Positions 36,358-49,042 of a stretch of DNA of 64,000 bases are shown here, piece after piece (within the stretch, counting starts at the first letter, position 1; each line of letters begins with the position of its first letter). The notes beneath the pieces were generated by a model, which saw only the letters and a list, made by a program, of their open reading frames with translations, was not told the DNA's origin and did not search any database. Location of the stretch: contig OZ287070.1 of assembly GCA_965645245.1 (NCBI GenBank), positions 1,054,001-1,118,000 on the forward strand. The letters are read 5' to 3'. The translations under genes were made by a program, and so were the position numbers. This DNA comes from Massalongia carnosa. Lineage: Eukaryota.

Positions 36358-39339
36358 TTAATACACATAAACACCGCTACCGATCGGCTTGGAGGCTCCA
36401 GTGCCCGTAGGTCTTGGAAGACCGGTGCCGTGGCTAGGGTGAGCACCTGTGGTGTGGGCACCGGATGCGTAAGGGGCAGTGCCATTGCCGTTAGGGAAAG
36501 GAGGGATGACGACAGACAACTTTCCGGTTTGATGAGGAAGTTCAGGAATAATGGATGTTCCCTCGACGGAAACGCCTGGGGCACCGGGGCTACCTGAGTT
36601 ACGATAGCTACTGCTTTCAGTCATCGCCTCACTAGAGAGAGTGTGAACGGAAGGTGTGGGATAGACCACAGTGGTGATCGGAGATCCGTTAGGAAGCATA
36701 AAGGTATAGGTTTCGGCTCCTGGAACGTAAGAGGGATAGATCACAGTGGTAATTGGAGAGCCATTGGGAAGGGTGAAAGTATACGTCTCAGCCCCAGGCA
36801 CTGGGGTTTGTGATGATGATAACTTTTCAACAGTCGAGGTAATTTCGACCACAACGGTAGAGTATACAGTCTTCTCTGCAGCACAAGTTCCAGATGTAGC
36901 CTGAGGAGCGGAACCATACACCGTGTGCGGCGAATAGGGACCAGACGATTGGACAGGTACAATGGTCACGGTTGTTGAACCTTCACCCGAACCAAATCCG
37001 CGATGAGATGATTCATCTGATCCAGATCCAGGAACCGAGTTGTGATTTGATCCAGGAACAGATGTTGCCTCAGGACCATGTGCAGGTCCAGAGAAGTGGC
37101 CGGAGCCTGTGTTAGAAGAAGCCTCGGACCCTGAACCCGGCACGGTCGTGTAATGAACAGAGCCTGCAACTGATGACGCCTCGGATCCTGAACCAGGCAC
37201 AGTCGTGTAATGAACAGAGCCTGCAACTGATGACGCCTCGGATCCTGAACCAGGCACAATCGTGTAATGAACAGAGCCTGCAACTGATGACGCCTCGGAT
37301 CCTGAACCAGGCACAGTCGTATAATGAACGGAACCTGCAATTGACGAAGCCTCAGATCCTGATCCTGGTACAATGGTATGATAGCCTGAACCTGGAACAG
37401 ATGAGCCTTCGGACACTGATCCTGGTACAGAGATAAAGTGACCGGAACCTGGCGCGGTGGTCGCTTTAGGACCCGAGTCAACCCCTGAGCTGTAACCGGG
37501 ACCAAAGCCTCCGACGTGACCTCCTGTAGGTTTGTTGGTACCTTGCGGCGTGATTGGACAGATAACCTCGATATTCGTAATCGTAGAAGTAACAACCGTA
37601 GTAGAGTAGGATACCGTCAAAAAGCTTGAATAGTAGGTTGATGATTCTGACGTTGCAACAGGCGTCGAACAGGGCACAAATGTCGTGATTGTTTCAACAA
37701 AAGTTGTGACGGTATAATCAGTTACAGTTGTTGTGGACGGGACATCGGCAGTTATCGTGTATCTATGAATACCAGAAGCTGGGGTGGTTCCGCTCGATCC
37801 GTTTTCACCCGAACCTCCATAGCTAATGCCACCAGATTTAGAGCCTGCGGATATAGATGCAGTTTCCTCGGGAGTTGACCCATAAGTGTGGGTGCTGAGT
37901 GAGGTGAAAACTGAACCATGGGGGCCTGTACCGATCAAAGTCGAAATTGAACCATGGGGACGATTGCCGGTCGTGGTGTAGACTGAGCCATGGGGGCCTG
38001 TGCTTACTGTGGTAGATGATGATCCCCGAGGTCCGGTACCAATAGGAGTAGACAAAGACACTTTAGGCCCTGTTCCACTTCGAATAGAAGGTGAACCAGT
38101 AGATTTGGTACCACTAGGATTTGTTGCGATTCTAGTACCTGAAAGACGAGTGTAGGGCCCATGGCCAAGGGATGTAATCGACGACGCACTTGATAAAACA
38201 CCTGTGCCAGATTGAGTCGGACGTCTTGTCGCAGTGTCGAATTGGCCAGTACCGGTGGATAACGAGACAATCCCTGAGCCAGATGATCTAGTATAAGGTC
38301 CATGGCTATTTGACGAAATCGAACTAGAAGCATGAACAACTCCGGTACCCGATGGCCTTGTGTAAGGACCCTTGGTCCCTGAAGGGACACTTGAACCACC
38401 GCTGGGTAAATGCCCATAGCCAGTACCTGAAGGGATTGTGTGTGGACCATTGGTTCCCGAAGGTGAAACAGATCTGCCGCTGGGGTTTGATCCGTAACCA
38501 GTGCCTGGGAGACTAGTGAACGGACCGCGGGTTCCCGAGGGCAAAATAGTTCTACCGCTGGGGTTTGAACCATAACCGGTGCCGGAGAGACTGGTGAATG
38601 GACCGCGAGTTCTCCCAGAGGGGACATTGGTGCTAGCACTTGGGTGCGACCCGTAACCAGTACCTGAGAGGGAAGTGAACGGACCACGAGTTCCCGAGGG
38701 CAAAATAGTGCTACCACTAGAGTGTGACCCATAACCGGTGCCTGAGTGACTGGTGAATGGACCACGGGTTCCCCCAGAGGGAACATTGGTGCTAACACTG
38801 GTGTGAGACCCGTAACCAGTGCCCGAGAGACTGGTGAATGGACCGCGGGTTCCCCCAGAAGGGACGTTGGTGCTAACACTGGGGTGTGGCCCGTAACCAG
38901 TGCCCGAGAGACTGGTGAATGGACCGCGGGTTCCCCCAGAAGGGACGTTGGTGCTAACACTGGGGTGTGGCCCGTAACCAGTACCAGATACACTAGTGAA
39001 AGGCCCTCGAGTACCACCCGAAGGCACAACTGTGCTACCGCTAGGGTTTGATCCATAGCCAGTGCCAGTCAACGTGAACGGTCCGCGACCCCCTGAGGGT
39101 ATAATTGAGCTGCCGCTAGGAGTCGATCCATGAGTGCCACCTGAAGGTACGATTGAGCCAGAGGGATTGGATCCATAACCAGTGCCAAAGCCCAAATAGG
39201 GCCCGCGTGGGACTAGATTTTCTTCATGATACGCTCGCTTGGCTGCCTTGTCTTCATGAGCGTTTTTCTGGCCGTATAACGCGGGTGTGGCGGAACTCAA
39301 GCCCACGATAGCCGTGAGGACGCATAGTGTCGTTCGCAT
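36358..39339 (-). CDS. Large secreted Ser/Thr/Gly-rich tandem-repeat (mucin/adhesin-like) protein
   Basis: True ATG is most likely 39339 (MRTTLCVLTAIVGLSSA signal peptide, then an AAKR Kex2-like site). About 990 aa, intronless, several internal repeat families, no obvious hydrophobic GPI tail. Confidence 0.85.
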   Translation of the reverse strand: MRTTLCVLTAIVGLSSATPALYGQKNAHEDKAAKRAYHEENLVPRGPYLGFGTGYGSNPSGSIVPSGGTHGSTPSGSSIIPSGGRGPFTLTGTGYGSNPSGSTVVPSGGTRGPFTSVSGTGYGPHPSVSTNVPSGGTRGPFTSLSGTGYGPHPSVSTNVPSGGTRGPFTSLSGTGYGSHTSVSTNVPSGGTRGPFTSHSGTGYGSHSSGSTILPSGTRGPFTSLSGTGYGSHPSASTNVPSGRTRGPFTSLSGTGYGSNPSGRTILPSGTRGPFTSLPGTGYGSNPSGRSVSPSGTNGPHTIPSGTGYGHLPSGGSSVPSGTKGPYTRPSGTGVVHASSSISSNSHGPYTRSSGSGIVSLSTGTGQFDTATRRPTQSGTGVLSSASSITSLGHGPYTRLSGTRIATNPSGTKSTGSPSIRSGTGPKVSLSTPIGTGPRGSSSTTVSTGPHGSVYTTTGNRPHGSISTLIGTGPHGSVFTSLSTHTYGSTPEETASISAGSKSGGISYGGSGENGSSGTTPASGIHRYTITADVPSTTTVTDYTVTTFVETITTFVPCSTPVATSESSTYYSSFLTVSYSTTVVTSTITNIEVICPITPQGTNKPTGGHVGGFGPGYSSGVDSGPKATTAPGSGHFISVPGSVSEGSSVPGSGYHTIVPGSGSEASSIAGSVHYTTVPGSGSEASSVAGSVHYTIVPGSGSEASSVAGSVHYTTVPGSGSEASSVAGSVHYTTVPGSGSEASSNTGSGHFSGPAHGPEATSVPGSNHNSVPGSGSDESSHRGFGSGEGSTTVTIVPVQSSGPYSPHTVYGSAPQATSGTCAAEKTVYSTVVVEITSTVEKLSSSQTPVPGAETYTFTLPNGSPITTVIYPSYVPGAETYTFMLPNGSPITTVVYPTPSVHTLSSEAMTESSSYRNSGSPGAPGVSVEGTSIIPELPHQTGKLSVVIPPFPNGNGTAPYASGAHTTGAHPSHGTGLPRPTGTGASKPIGSGVYVY
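37115..37400 (-). repeat. 57-bp coding tandem repeat (VPGSGSEASSVAGSVHYTT)
   Basis: About four near-identical copies plus degenerate flanking copies. Confidence 0.9.
38400..39190 (-). repeat. 78-81-bp coding tandem repeat (PSGGTRGPFTSLSGTGYGxxPSxSTxV)
   Basis: About 9-10 copies visible in the translation and the DNA. Confidence 0.9.
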
Positions 39340-40432
39340 ATTTAATGTATGAGTATTAATAATAATTAAAAGGGCTACTAAGAAAAGCAGAAAAACTGCT
39401 GAGATTCGTAAAGCGAAGAACAACCAAGGACTAAACGAGTGTGTCCGAATCACAGCACCAAACGATAACGACGGAGACACGTCTAAAGACAGTGATGGTG
39501 GGATGGAGTGAAGAAGAAGAGAAGAAGGGAAGGAGGGAGAGGATGATCTGTGGACCTTATATCAAAACCAACACGAACGGCGAATGCAATTTCCATCTAT
39601 TTTATTTTTGCCTTTTGTTATTTGCCCTATGAAAAGGCAATTAGGGCTAACAGGGGTGACCGTAACTTACAGAGAGGTGCCTACTCCCTGGCCATTGGCC
39701 ACTCCACGTCTCTCTGGCTGAGTCAGATTGAGAGTGTCAAGGTCCTCCTCCGTCCTCTCTCCCATTTGCAACTCCTGTCCATGGATCTGATCATGCAGCT
39801 TCAAAGGGCTGTGCTCCAGGACCTGCATTAGTCCTTTCGTACCCTCCACGAGCATTGATTCTTTTATCCCCGTCCGTTTGTCGGATGGTAATTCGTGAGT
39901 CTTGACCGATTCCGGTCCGGGTCAGCCTTGACGCTTAGGGCTAATGACCAATGACAGGTCGTGGGTAGGGTTTTCTGGAGCTAGTGTGATTCCTCCCCTG
40001 AAGCGTTAGGCTGCCAGCCGGCAAGGATCTACGCTCCTCCCGGCGACCCTATCTAGGATTAGTAGGAAGCAAATTTGTCGGTGGCTTTTTAGTTGTGTAC
40101 TGGATCGACGGTGGAAATTGCTACAAGTCCCAACGCAGTAATCAACAAGGAATCGGGGATGTGACCGACTCCCTAGTATCGCATCAGCGCCGAGCTCAAA
40201 AGGCGTCTACGATGTTCAAGCCGTGATAAGACCTCAATTGTTGAACCATTTAGGAATGGCGTATGGATTGATAGTTGGTTAGCGGTTGACCAACTCGGTT
40301 CTAAATAACGATACGAGAAAAGGAGAGGCAGAAAAGCAAGGCAGGCAAACCAATCGCCATAGAAGCGCAACCGACGAAGATTAATGATGGCGAACAATCT
40401 AAATATCTAGGGTGTACAGAGTACAGAGTATC

Positions 40433-40500
40433 CGTCTGTACGGAGCGTGTGTACGGAGTACTCGGTACGGAGTACTCGGTACGGAGTACTCTGTACGGTA
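40433..40500. repeat. Cluster of GTACGGAGTAC motifs (14-bp unit GTACGGAGTACTCG x~3)
   Basis: Units at 40451-40464, 40465-40478 and 40479-40491, plus degenerate copies. Confidence 0.85.
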
Positions 40501-43500
40501 TCGACTCCCTCTCTCCACAGACCATACTGTGTAATTACCTCGTGGCTACTACTGCAACAGTGCAGCGGTAGTCGGGTAAGCGCTGCACCAAGTAAAGATC
40601 ACAAGCCCCATGGGGGCTATTCTTGTCCCACCACCTCGGATATTTCCCAGCGCCCCACAGCCTCCATTGGGGTAAGTGGTACGCCACTCTTCAGCTCTCC
40701 AATAACCCTACTTTCCCTCGCTCGGTACTCTTTCCTTACTACTTACTTCGTACAAGGTACGAAGGAACTAAGTACCTGACTAACTAAAACTAAACCAAAC
40801 TAACAAAACTACTCTGTACCCAACTTGCTCAACTACCTACTTTGCACTTTGGACGAAAAAAAGGCTTTTTACCCGGCGACACGCCATGAACCCCTCGGAC
40901 TACCTACAGAGCACTCCGTAAACAAACATCATTCCACCTTTGACTCCCTTATCTTTTCAGCCTTGGATGGTTAAATTGGATGACTGTCTGTTAACCATGC
41001 CGTTTCACCTTGATTGAAGCGACGTCGCACTGTTCCAGCCAAAAGACTGTTGGTGACCTGACAGCGTGGTGTTAGGTCAGTCTATCGGCCCTTCGGCTCT
41101 TTTCGTTTTTCAGAAGGAAAGAAGTTACCAAATCAACCAGGGGTCGTTGAGCCTTCAAGCGTAGAGTTACTCGGTACTCCGTACACAAGGTACTCGATAT
41201 AGACTCGATTATAGAGAAGGTCGTTCGTGGATTTGCCACACTAGGGGAAATGGAACACCCTAACACGAGTACGGGCTGACGAACTGTAAACCACATCATA
41301 AGATCAGTCGGATCTCCCGTCGGTTTGACAAATTGCTATCGTGTTTTCCAACCTTAACTGAGTTGGAGAGCGCAAACATACGAGAAACACAGACCTTGCC
41401 TAAGCAAAGTTAGGTCTGGTGATTAGGAGCACGAATTCTCGTGGCGATGGTGGCTACGGTGGCGTCATGGCTGGTAGAACGTGGACCTTCTTTACTTTAT
41501 ACTAAACAGACCACAGCTTCAGCGGATTTGTAAGTTTATGCGAGGGAACTAATGTTTACTGGAGGCGGGTTTTTACCTGAGTTATCAACTAGTTTCTTGT
41601 ACTCAAAAGCGTTCAATCAGTTCTATCATCCTCTTTGGAAATCATCCACAATGCAGAGGAAAATGCAAGGGATTTAAATCCATCAATATTTAGAAAGCCG
41701 AAACGAACTGACCGCCGAGTGATCTTTGTACATTACGCGCTCAGGATTCAATCCAAGGTATCGGTGGTTTGGGCGCCTTTACAGCTAACATGCGCTGGAT
41801 CTCTTTGCCTCTCTTTCCCTAATCAGTGTCTTATAAATAGATGTTCATTCGTTTTGGTTGCAGCCCCAACAGGACATCCGATGGGACTACCAATATCACA
41901 CTGGAGCCATTAAACGTATGACTTTCATATCACAACTACCCTTTTCCAAAATTCCTTGAATCTTCGCCTCGAGATATTATTTTCCACCTCCATAACGCGA
42001 GCCTTTAGTTGTGCTTCGAGCTTGATGGAGGTGCGTTACAAACGTGGCACCAGTATAGAGCGTATTTGGGAACCAACACATTTACTATGAACCCCTTAGG
42101 ACAGAGCCATCTGCGCAGAGCCACCAAGAGCCCCTATTCTGATATCATCTGGTGATGGGAATAGTATCTCCTACATCGCAAGCTTGAATTGGGATGGGTA
42201 TTGTGGGTAATCCAATCATTTCCCCCAACGACATAGCTCTTTTTAGAAATAAGAAGGCTTGCGGCAGCAGGGCATTCCCAAAAACCGGTCAAGGCAGCTT
42301 CCAAGACAATGTCGTTCGGAACGGCCAAGCCGTCTGTGATTCTCCCTCTTGTCCTTATGCAATTGTTTGATTCTTCCATCAGAGCACAGCAAGCATATTG
42401 GCGAGGACGAAGCACTGCTAAAACGTTGCCGACAGGGCTCAGGCGGCAAAGGTGGCCATTTGACACTATGATCATAATGGGTGCCTCGGCATGCTCCTTG
42501 AAAAGATGCTGCTGGAGGAAATCGTATGTTACTATTTTCCTAGTCTGTATTTGGGATTGGTTGGAAATTAGCGAAGCTACTTCGAGCGACGATATAAACC
42601 GAAACCTGTGGAGGCATCATGCTACGTCCATCGATTTCATATTTCCATACCCAAACAACTCAAAGCTACTTCGAGATGGAGAAGTTATTAAGTAGATGCC
42701 CTAAGACGAAGTGGTTCTAGACGAGTAATGGGACACCGTTTGTGATAGGTATATTGGAAACATCTGTAGAAAAATCTTACTCGCTGCCGTACATAAAATG
42801 ACGATAGGTTCAAACCCGTTCTGTTTCAAGTTCTCTGCTTGACAACTCTGGACTCTATAAAAGGGGCATGATCAACCTGTCATAACTAGGCCAAATGAAT
42901 AGGCAAGACCGTATTCGTTCTTTTGAAAAACGTCGTCACTCAGAGGCCAAAGTAGATCGGGTTTTAACGCTTGGCATAGGCCAGAAACGGAGTACCTCGA
43001 CAAAAGGAGACTGATAGTGACGGAAAAGGGATCGATATCCCTTCAACGTTCAACTAAGCTGGATCCGTACTCTTTCTGTACAGAGTAGCGCGTCTAAGTA
43101 CGTACCTATCACGTGCCTATTTGGATTCTTGGCGTACTCTGTAATGGTTTGAAACTCCGTGGGGATCAATGATCGTTCATTGGTTGCTCGAAACTAAGGA
43201 GGGGTGGCAACCTCAACAACAAAGATGATTTTGATGTCCAACTTGAACCTCGAGGCAAATAGGGACTTTACCCCTTCCCCGAGGGTTCGAAACACTCCAT
43301 CATACATCTGACATAGCACGAGTATCAGGCGCTCTGTGCCGTTCACGCTCGTTAGGGAGGCGAAACGTTGCCATATCATAAGGTTGCGTGAAGGGTGAAG
43401 GAACAGGATCGCTAATCAATCGCCTACGCTCAGTCCCGAGTTGTTTTTTCAGGGCATGATAGTTGGAACCTAGGTTGTAACGAGCAGAGAAGCACGCCTT

Positions 43501-43544
43501 TGCGTGGGCCAATGGGAGTTGCAAGAGATCGGAAGAATTCAGCA

Positions 43545-45953
43545 ATGCTCGCAGACTTCCGACTTGGCCTGTGTAGGCTGCTTGCGATCGCCAGCACGAT
43601 ATGTTCCAGTCGAGCTTTCTACATGCCGGGTACGCATGCTTATCTGCTAAACCTTCTTCCTCAACATACTTTCAATGCTAACAGATCTCCATTGCCCCAG
43701 GCTGGTCGACTCGAACCTATGTGGATGACGAGGCCATCCCGCTTCACGTCAACAAAGTCTACTCGGATAACACTCAACTACAGTATGCGTACTACGATCT
43801 CCCCTTCGTGTGCCCCCCCTCAGGGAAGAAACATGCCGGATATCACAGCGGTCGGAGTGTGTCTCTCAACCTGGGGGAGGTGCTTCGGGGGGACAGAATC
43901 ATGACGTCGGATTATGATTTGATAATGGGTCAAGATCAAGAATGTCAATATCTTTGCAGCCATGTGACAGACAGAAAAGGTATCAAGCGCGCTCAGAAGC
44001 TCGTCGAAGACGGGTACGTCGTGGATTGGATTGTGGACAACCTACCTGGAGCTACCAGCTTTGTGACGGTGGATCGGTCCCACAAGTATTATGCAGCTGG
44101 GTTCAAACTAGGGTACAAAGATTTCTCGCCCGTTACTGGTAAGCCTCGATATTATATCAACAATCACCTCACGCTGGTGATACGATGGCGGAGTGCACCC
44201 GGACGTGCCGGCGAGAAGGGTGGTAAGGTGATTGTAGGATTCGAGGTGTACACCAAGAGCGTGGAAGAGGCGCATCGGGATAACACAGGATGTCCACAGG
44301 ACGTCCACGGGGATAGCAACGGCTTAGAACTGTACATTGCGCCCAACACGACGAACCTAGTAAACAAATACCCATATTCGTCATATTTACCAGAAGAAGA
44401 CGATGTCGATGATGGGGCTACCGTTACTATTCCCTATTCGTACTCGGTATACTTTCGAGAGGACAACCGGATCGAATGGTCGAAGAGGTGGGATTTATAT
44501 TTTAACAATCAGGAAGAAAGCTCTAGCATCCATTGGTTGGCTATGTTAAACTCTCTTGTTATTTGTGGACTGCTCACCGCTGTAGTGGTCATGATCTTGA
44601 ATAGAACCATGGCCGGAGATGGCAAGGGGCATACTAAAGAGGCATCACTGGAAGATGGCGCGATGAAACCGAGGCGCAACAAGCCAACAAATGGAACCAA
44701 ATCGCCGCGATCTGCGGAAAAGAGCGCATCTGGCCTTTTGGATCAAAGCAATGACGCAAATCCTGATACCGATTTGTCGTCAGATGAAGAATCTGTCGAG
44801 GATGTTACTGGATGGAAGCTTCTACACGGTGATGTGTTTCGCGCCCCTCGGTATGCTGGGTTCCTAGCTCCTCTGATTGGATCGGGGATGCAACTGGTCT
44901 TTATGGCCGCAGGACTTCTGGTGCTTGGCTGTTGTGGATTATTGAACCCTAGCTTCAGGGGCGGGTTTGTGAGCGTTGGCATGGGCCTTTTTGTGTTTGC
45001 CGGGATTTTCTCCGGCTACTTTTCCAGCCGAGTATACAAAACCTTTGGCGGGCTGGATTGGAGGAACAACACATTGAGGACCGCGTTGCTGTTCCCTGGT
45101 TTGCTATTCACCACCATCTTCATCCTTAACCTTGTCGTCTGGACACAAGCGTCCAGCACCGCGCTCCCCTTTAGCACGCTCGTCGGACTCGTAGCGCTCT
45201 GGCTCCTGATACAACTTCCTCTGGTTTATGTTGGGAGCTGGTACGGCTACCACAGTGGTCAGCCCTATGAGCACCCGACAAAAACGAACAGCATCCCGCG
45301 TCAAATCCCGGAGCAGGCGTGGTACACTAAGAGCATTTACAGCGTACTCCTCGCAGGGCTTGTCCCTTTCGCAGTCATCTTCATCGAGTTGCTCTTCATC
45401 TTCCGCAGCCTGTGGCAGGATAAAAGTGGGTATTACTACGTCTTTGGCTTTTTGAGCGTGGTCACCATAGTTTGCATCATCACGGTTGTTGAGATCACAA
45501 TCGTCGCCACCTACGTCCAGCTATGCGCAGAGGTAAGTTTCGCACCGTTAACGTTTGTGCATATCTTTCAATCGCTTCATATGGAACAAAAAAGCTGACA
45601 CCCACGCAGAACCACAACTGGTGGTGGCAATCTGTCTTCATCGGGGGCGGCAGTGCCTTCTGGGTCTTTCTCTACTGCGTCTGGTTTTACCTAACCAAGC
45701 TGCACATACAGGGATTCGTCTCTGGTCTGCTCTTCTTCAGCTACAGTCTCCTTGCATGCTTGGTGTATGGTCTATTGACGGGGACGGTGGGGTTCTTGAC
45801 CGCGTATGCGTTTGTGAGACGGATATATGGGTATGTTTTGGATGCTCTGCTCTGTCAACATCTTCTCATTGCTTTCGAGTTGATAGCAATATTTTATGAG
45901 GGCTTGGAATCTCACGCTAACGCACCTTTGGCAGTGCAATTAAAGCAGACTAG
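43545..45953 (+). CDS. Nonaspanin/TM9SF (EMP70/TMN family) endomembrane protein
   Basis: Signal peptide then AFYMPG|W, SLNLGEVLRGDRI, WIVDNLPGAT, IHWLAMLNS, GWKLLHGDVFRAP, KTNSIPRQIP, LCAE|NHNWWW and RRIYG|AIKAD* (TAG 45951-45953). Three introns. Confidence 0.95.
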
Positions 45954-48900
45954 GAGGTGGTTATACGGGGAATCGCAACTTCCTCCGGGTTTCCAAAGCG
46001 TCATGGAGGTTAGATATGAATGACACCGACCGAACATTCTTCATTGTTCTCTATTCCACGATCCAAGCAACCTCAGAACTCTTTGTGCCCTGCCTCTTCC
46101 CTTCGCCACAGAATCCTAGCCTGTATTTTTGGCGTACCTTACCTTTAGAATGCGAAGGGTTAGATTGAACACACATCGCATGGGCTTTCCCTTCCTGCAG
46201 GATTGCGTTCAAAGTTATAGGTATCAATGTAGTGTCTAATTGTGTTAACTATGCCCCTTTAAGTAGTGTAGTCCCGCATGCGTTCTCTCCAACACCAAAG
46301 CCCGCTCTTCGCACCCATCTTGTCCTTGAGAAACTCTCTCCATGCTATCTTATGCATCCCTCCCTTCTAAATAAAATTTAAAAAAAGAGAAGAGGGGGGG
46401 GGGCTTCTTGCATCATCATTCAGCAAAGAAAGCCCTTACCCAATTGGTGAAATGGAAGTAATTAAGAGAAGGGAATGGCTGATTTAATCAGTTGTTTCGT
46501 CCGCTATTCCTATGTAGTAGAGTAGGTATGGCCGTCTGCAGAATCCGCAAGTAGACCAGCACTCTTAATCTCTCGAGACCACCCGCGACAAGGTGGGATT
46601 CCCACCCTCCCCCCGCGACCCCTTCTGTCTTTCGAGATCAGGTCTGGCTGCCTGGCCTCTATAGAATAGCACTTTTTTGTTCTCGTGTTTTGTATTTGTT
46701 GGTTTTTGTTTCTGTTTCTGTTTCTGTTTTTTTTTGGGGTTTTTTCCCCCACGGATTTTCCGCTTCATTGGTCAAATTAGTTGGTTTTTGGAGGTTTTCT
46801 CAAGGGTTGGCAAGAGAAGAATTTAGGGGGTGGATGAGAGGGATGATGATTTGGGGGTTTATGAGGACGAAGGAAAAGAAATACACCCGGGTAAACAGGA
46901 AACCAGCCAGCCAGCCAGCTAAACAGCGGTTTATGCAATGATGGAGATTTCGTCTACATCCCTTTAGCTAGATATGTATCGCAGCGGTTTGGAAGCCTGT
47001 TGATGTAACATAATCCTCCCCCGCCCTCTCTCTTTAATGATATTTTGAAACCTGACGGGTGGTAAAGCGCCGGCGAGAGAATCTGTGAGTTTACCCCCCC
47101 CGAAATTGGATTATCTAGCTAGGTGCATGGATAATGGATATTGTATGTTGCGAGAGTGAGTGGGTGGGTAGGTAGGTAGTAGATGCCTGGGAGAAGGAAG
47201 AAAGGAAAGAAAATATGAAAGGGGAAAAAGGGATGGAAGGTATTGTTTCTCGCGCATCGCTGCTTAACCCTAACCCTACCCTTCGGGTTGTACATGCCAA
47301 AAAATAAAATAAAAAAGTAAAAGCACGAACCCCCTACTAAAATAAAAAAACTCGTTCCTATTCGTTCGTTTTCTTAAACTAATACTACCCCCAACAGATA
47401 CCTAAATGTATAAATTACAATACCCAAACACCCTATCTAAGTTATGTAGTTGCTAAACACCTAAAACACCTAAACATCCTACCTATCTCAGTCCACAGAT
47501 TTAAAAATCGTCCAATGTCTCCCGATATATATATTCTAATCCCCACATTTGGAGGGAGTAGGAAGAAAAGGGGGGTGAAAACACAACAAAATTCTGTATA
47601 TATATAAATTTTCGCCAACTGCATAGGTAGGTAGTAGGTAAGATGGCTTTATATAGAGAATCGACTGACCGAGAACCTAAAAATACACCTCCCCACGGAC
47701 GAGCAGCAGTTTCCCCAGTTACCGAAACTCGCAAGGGCGCGATTGCTGTTGCTGCTGCTGTTGGGTGAAAGACGCGCTGAGGTTGGAGGGCATGTTTTGC
47801 ACTTGGAGTACTGTTTTTGAAGTGTTTTTTTTTTTCCTTTTCTTTTCTTTTTCACTCCATGTTCACGGACAGGGGTGTGGTAGCTAGGGCTAGAGATTGG
47901 GGATTAGTATTTTAAGAGGATGGGATCGCCCATCTACGTAACTGATTTATCTACCAACATCTTCATTTGTCAGGGTTGCTTCCGGAATAAGGGGAACCTA
48001 GGTTCTCTCCTTTCGCACATAGTATTATTCACGTTCAAGGGCTGTATGCTCGCCAACGTTTTCTCCAATCGCTGTATCCGCAATTGAGAAAGTTTTCTGT
48101 CTTAATTCCACGTTGGTATCTTCGAAATGGAATTCCCCGTCATACGATATAACCATCGACAAATCCCGCTGAGCCAAGTTTCCCCTTGTATGCAAATCAA
48201 TCATCTCCTTTTCCTGACGATTAGCCCCGGCGACCGCTTTGCTGCTTTCCTATTGGAGATCTCTGGTACATAACTGGTAGGCGCAGCTCAACGGCCCACG
48301 ACTCTCTTGTTGAAGCCTGTACCGAACGCGATGTCTGTCAATACATTTTGGGTTAGGAGTCTCTTCACAGCATTCAAGCTACAGCAGACCAAGCCTGGTC
48401 TTGACGTTGAGCTGTTGATATTATGGAGGGTAGGTTTTCGAATAAGAAGCTTTGGAGCAGATCATCTTAAGAAACGTTCCGAAGCTGAAACATGCAGCAT
48501 GGAAGCCACTTTGACTTGAGGCGTGCGTGAAAGACTCTCGCAAACAAGTTCCCTGCCAGGTTTTTAGCGCGAAGTGGCACGTTCATGTTACTACTCCCCG
48601 GTAAGGATCAAGCGGGGATTTTGCAGCAATAGCAATAGAGTATGGATCGAGGAGAGTCTGTGCTTCGCAGCTGTAACCTCAATCGAATAGATCTCGTTTT
48701 CTGGCTTGTTTTAGGCGGTATACCTAAACCGCGGATAAACGTATTCGGGATTTTTCTAGGCATTCATTCACTAGGAAAGTTGTCGCCGCGAAGATCCTCT
48801 TTCGTGGAACTGAGCAAACCCTGTTTTTTTTATTTTAAATAACTCTTTCGCAGGTTAGGAAACGCTCAGCTGGCTCAAATGAATGTATTGCTCCGTTAGG

Positions 48901-49042
48901 TTGAAGGTCTGACGTGTCCAAACTCCATACAATATCATCTAGAGTCTAAGAACACCGGTATCATGTCCTCTTATCCCCGGGACCTTAACAATCCGCTGGG
49001 AAATATAGTGCATCTTGATTCCCCATCTCGCACAGTCGGGAC

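Noticed and set aside
36966..39056. Long alternate-frame ORFs (36966-37595, 38004-39056)
   Set aside because: They are shadows of stop-poor tandem repeats in the real gene.
39340..39480. N-terminal extension of the 1040-aa ORF
   Set aside because: It begins at a non-ATG codon; the ATG at 39339 starts a good signal peptide.
42100..42800. Short ORFs and a repeated AAGCTACTTCGAG
   Set aside because: No recognisable motif or consistent frame, so a gene or element cannot be supported.
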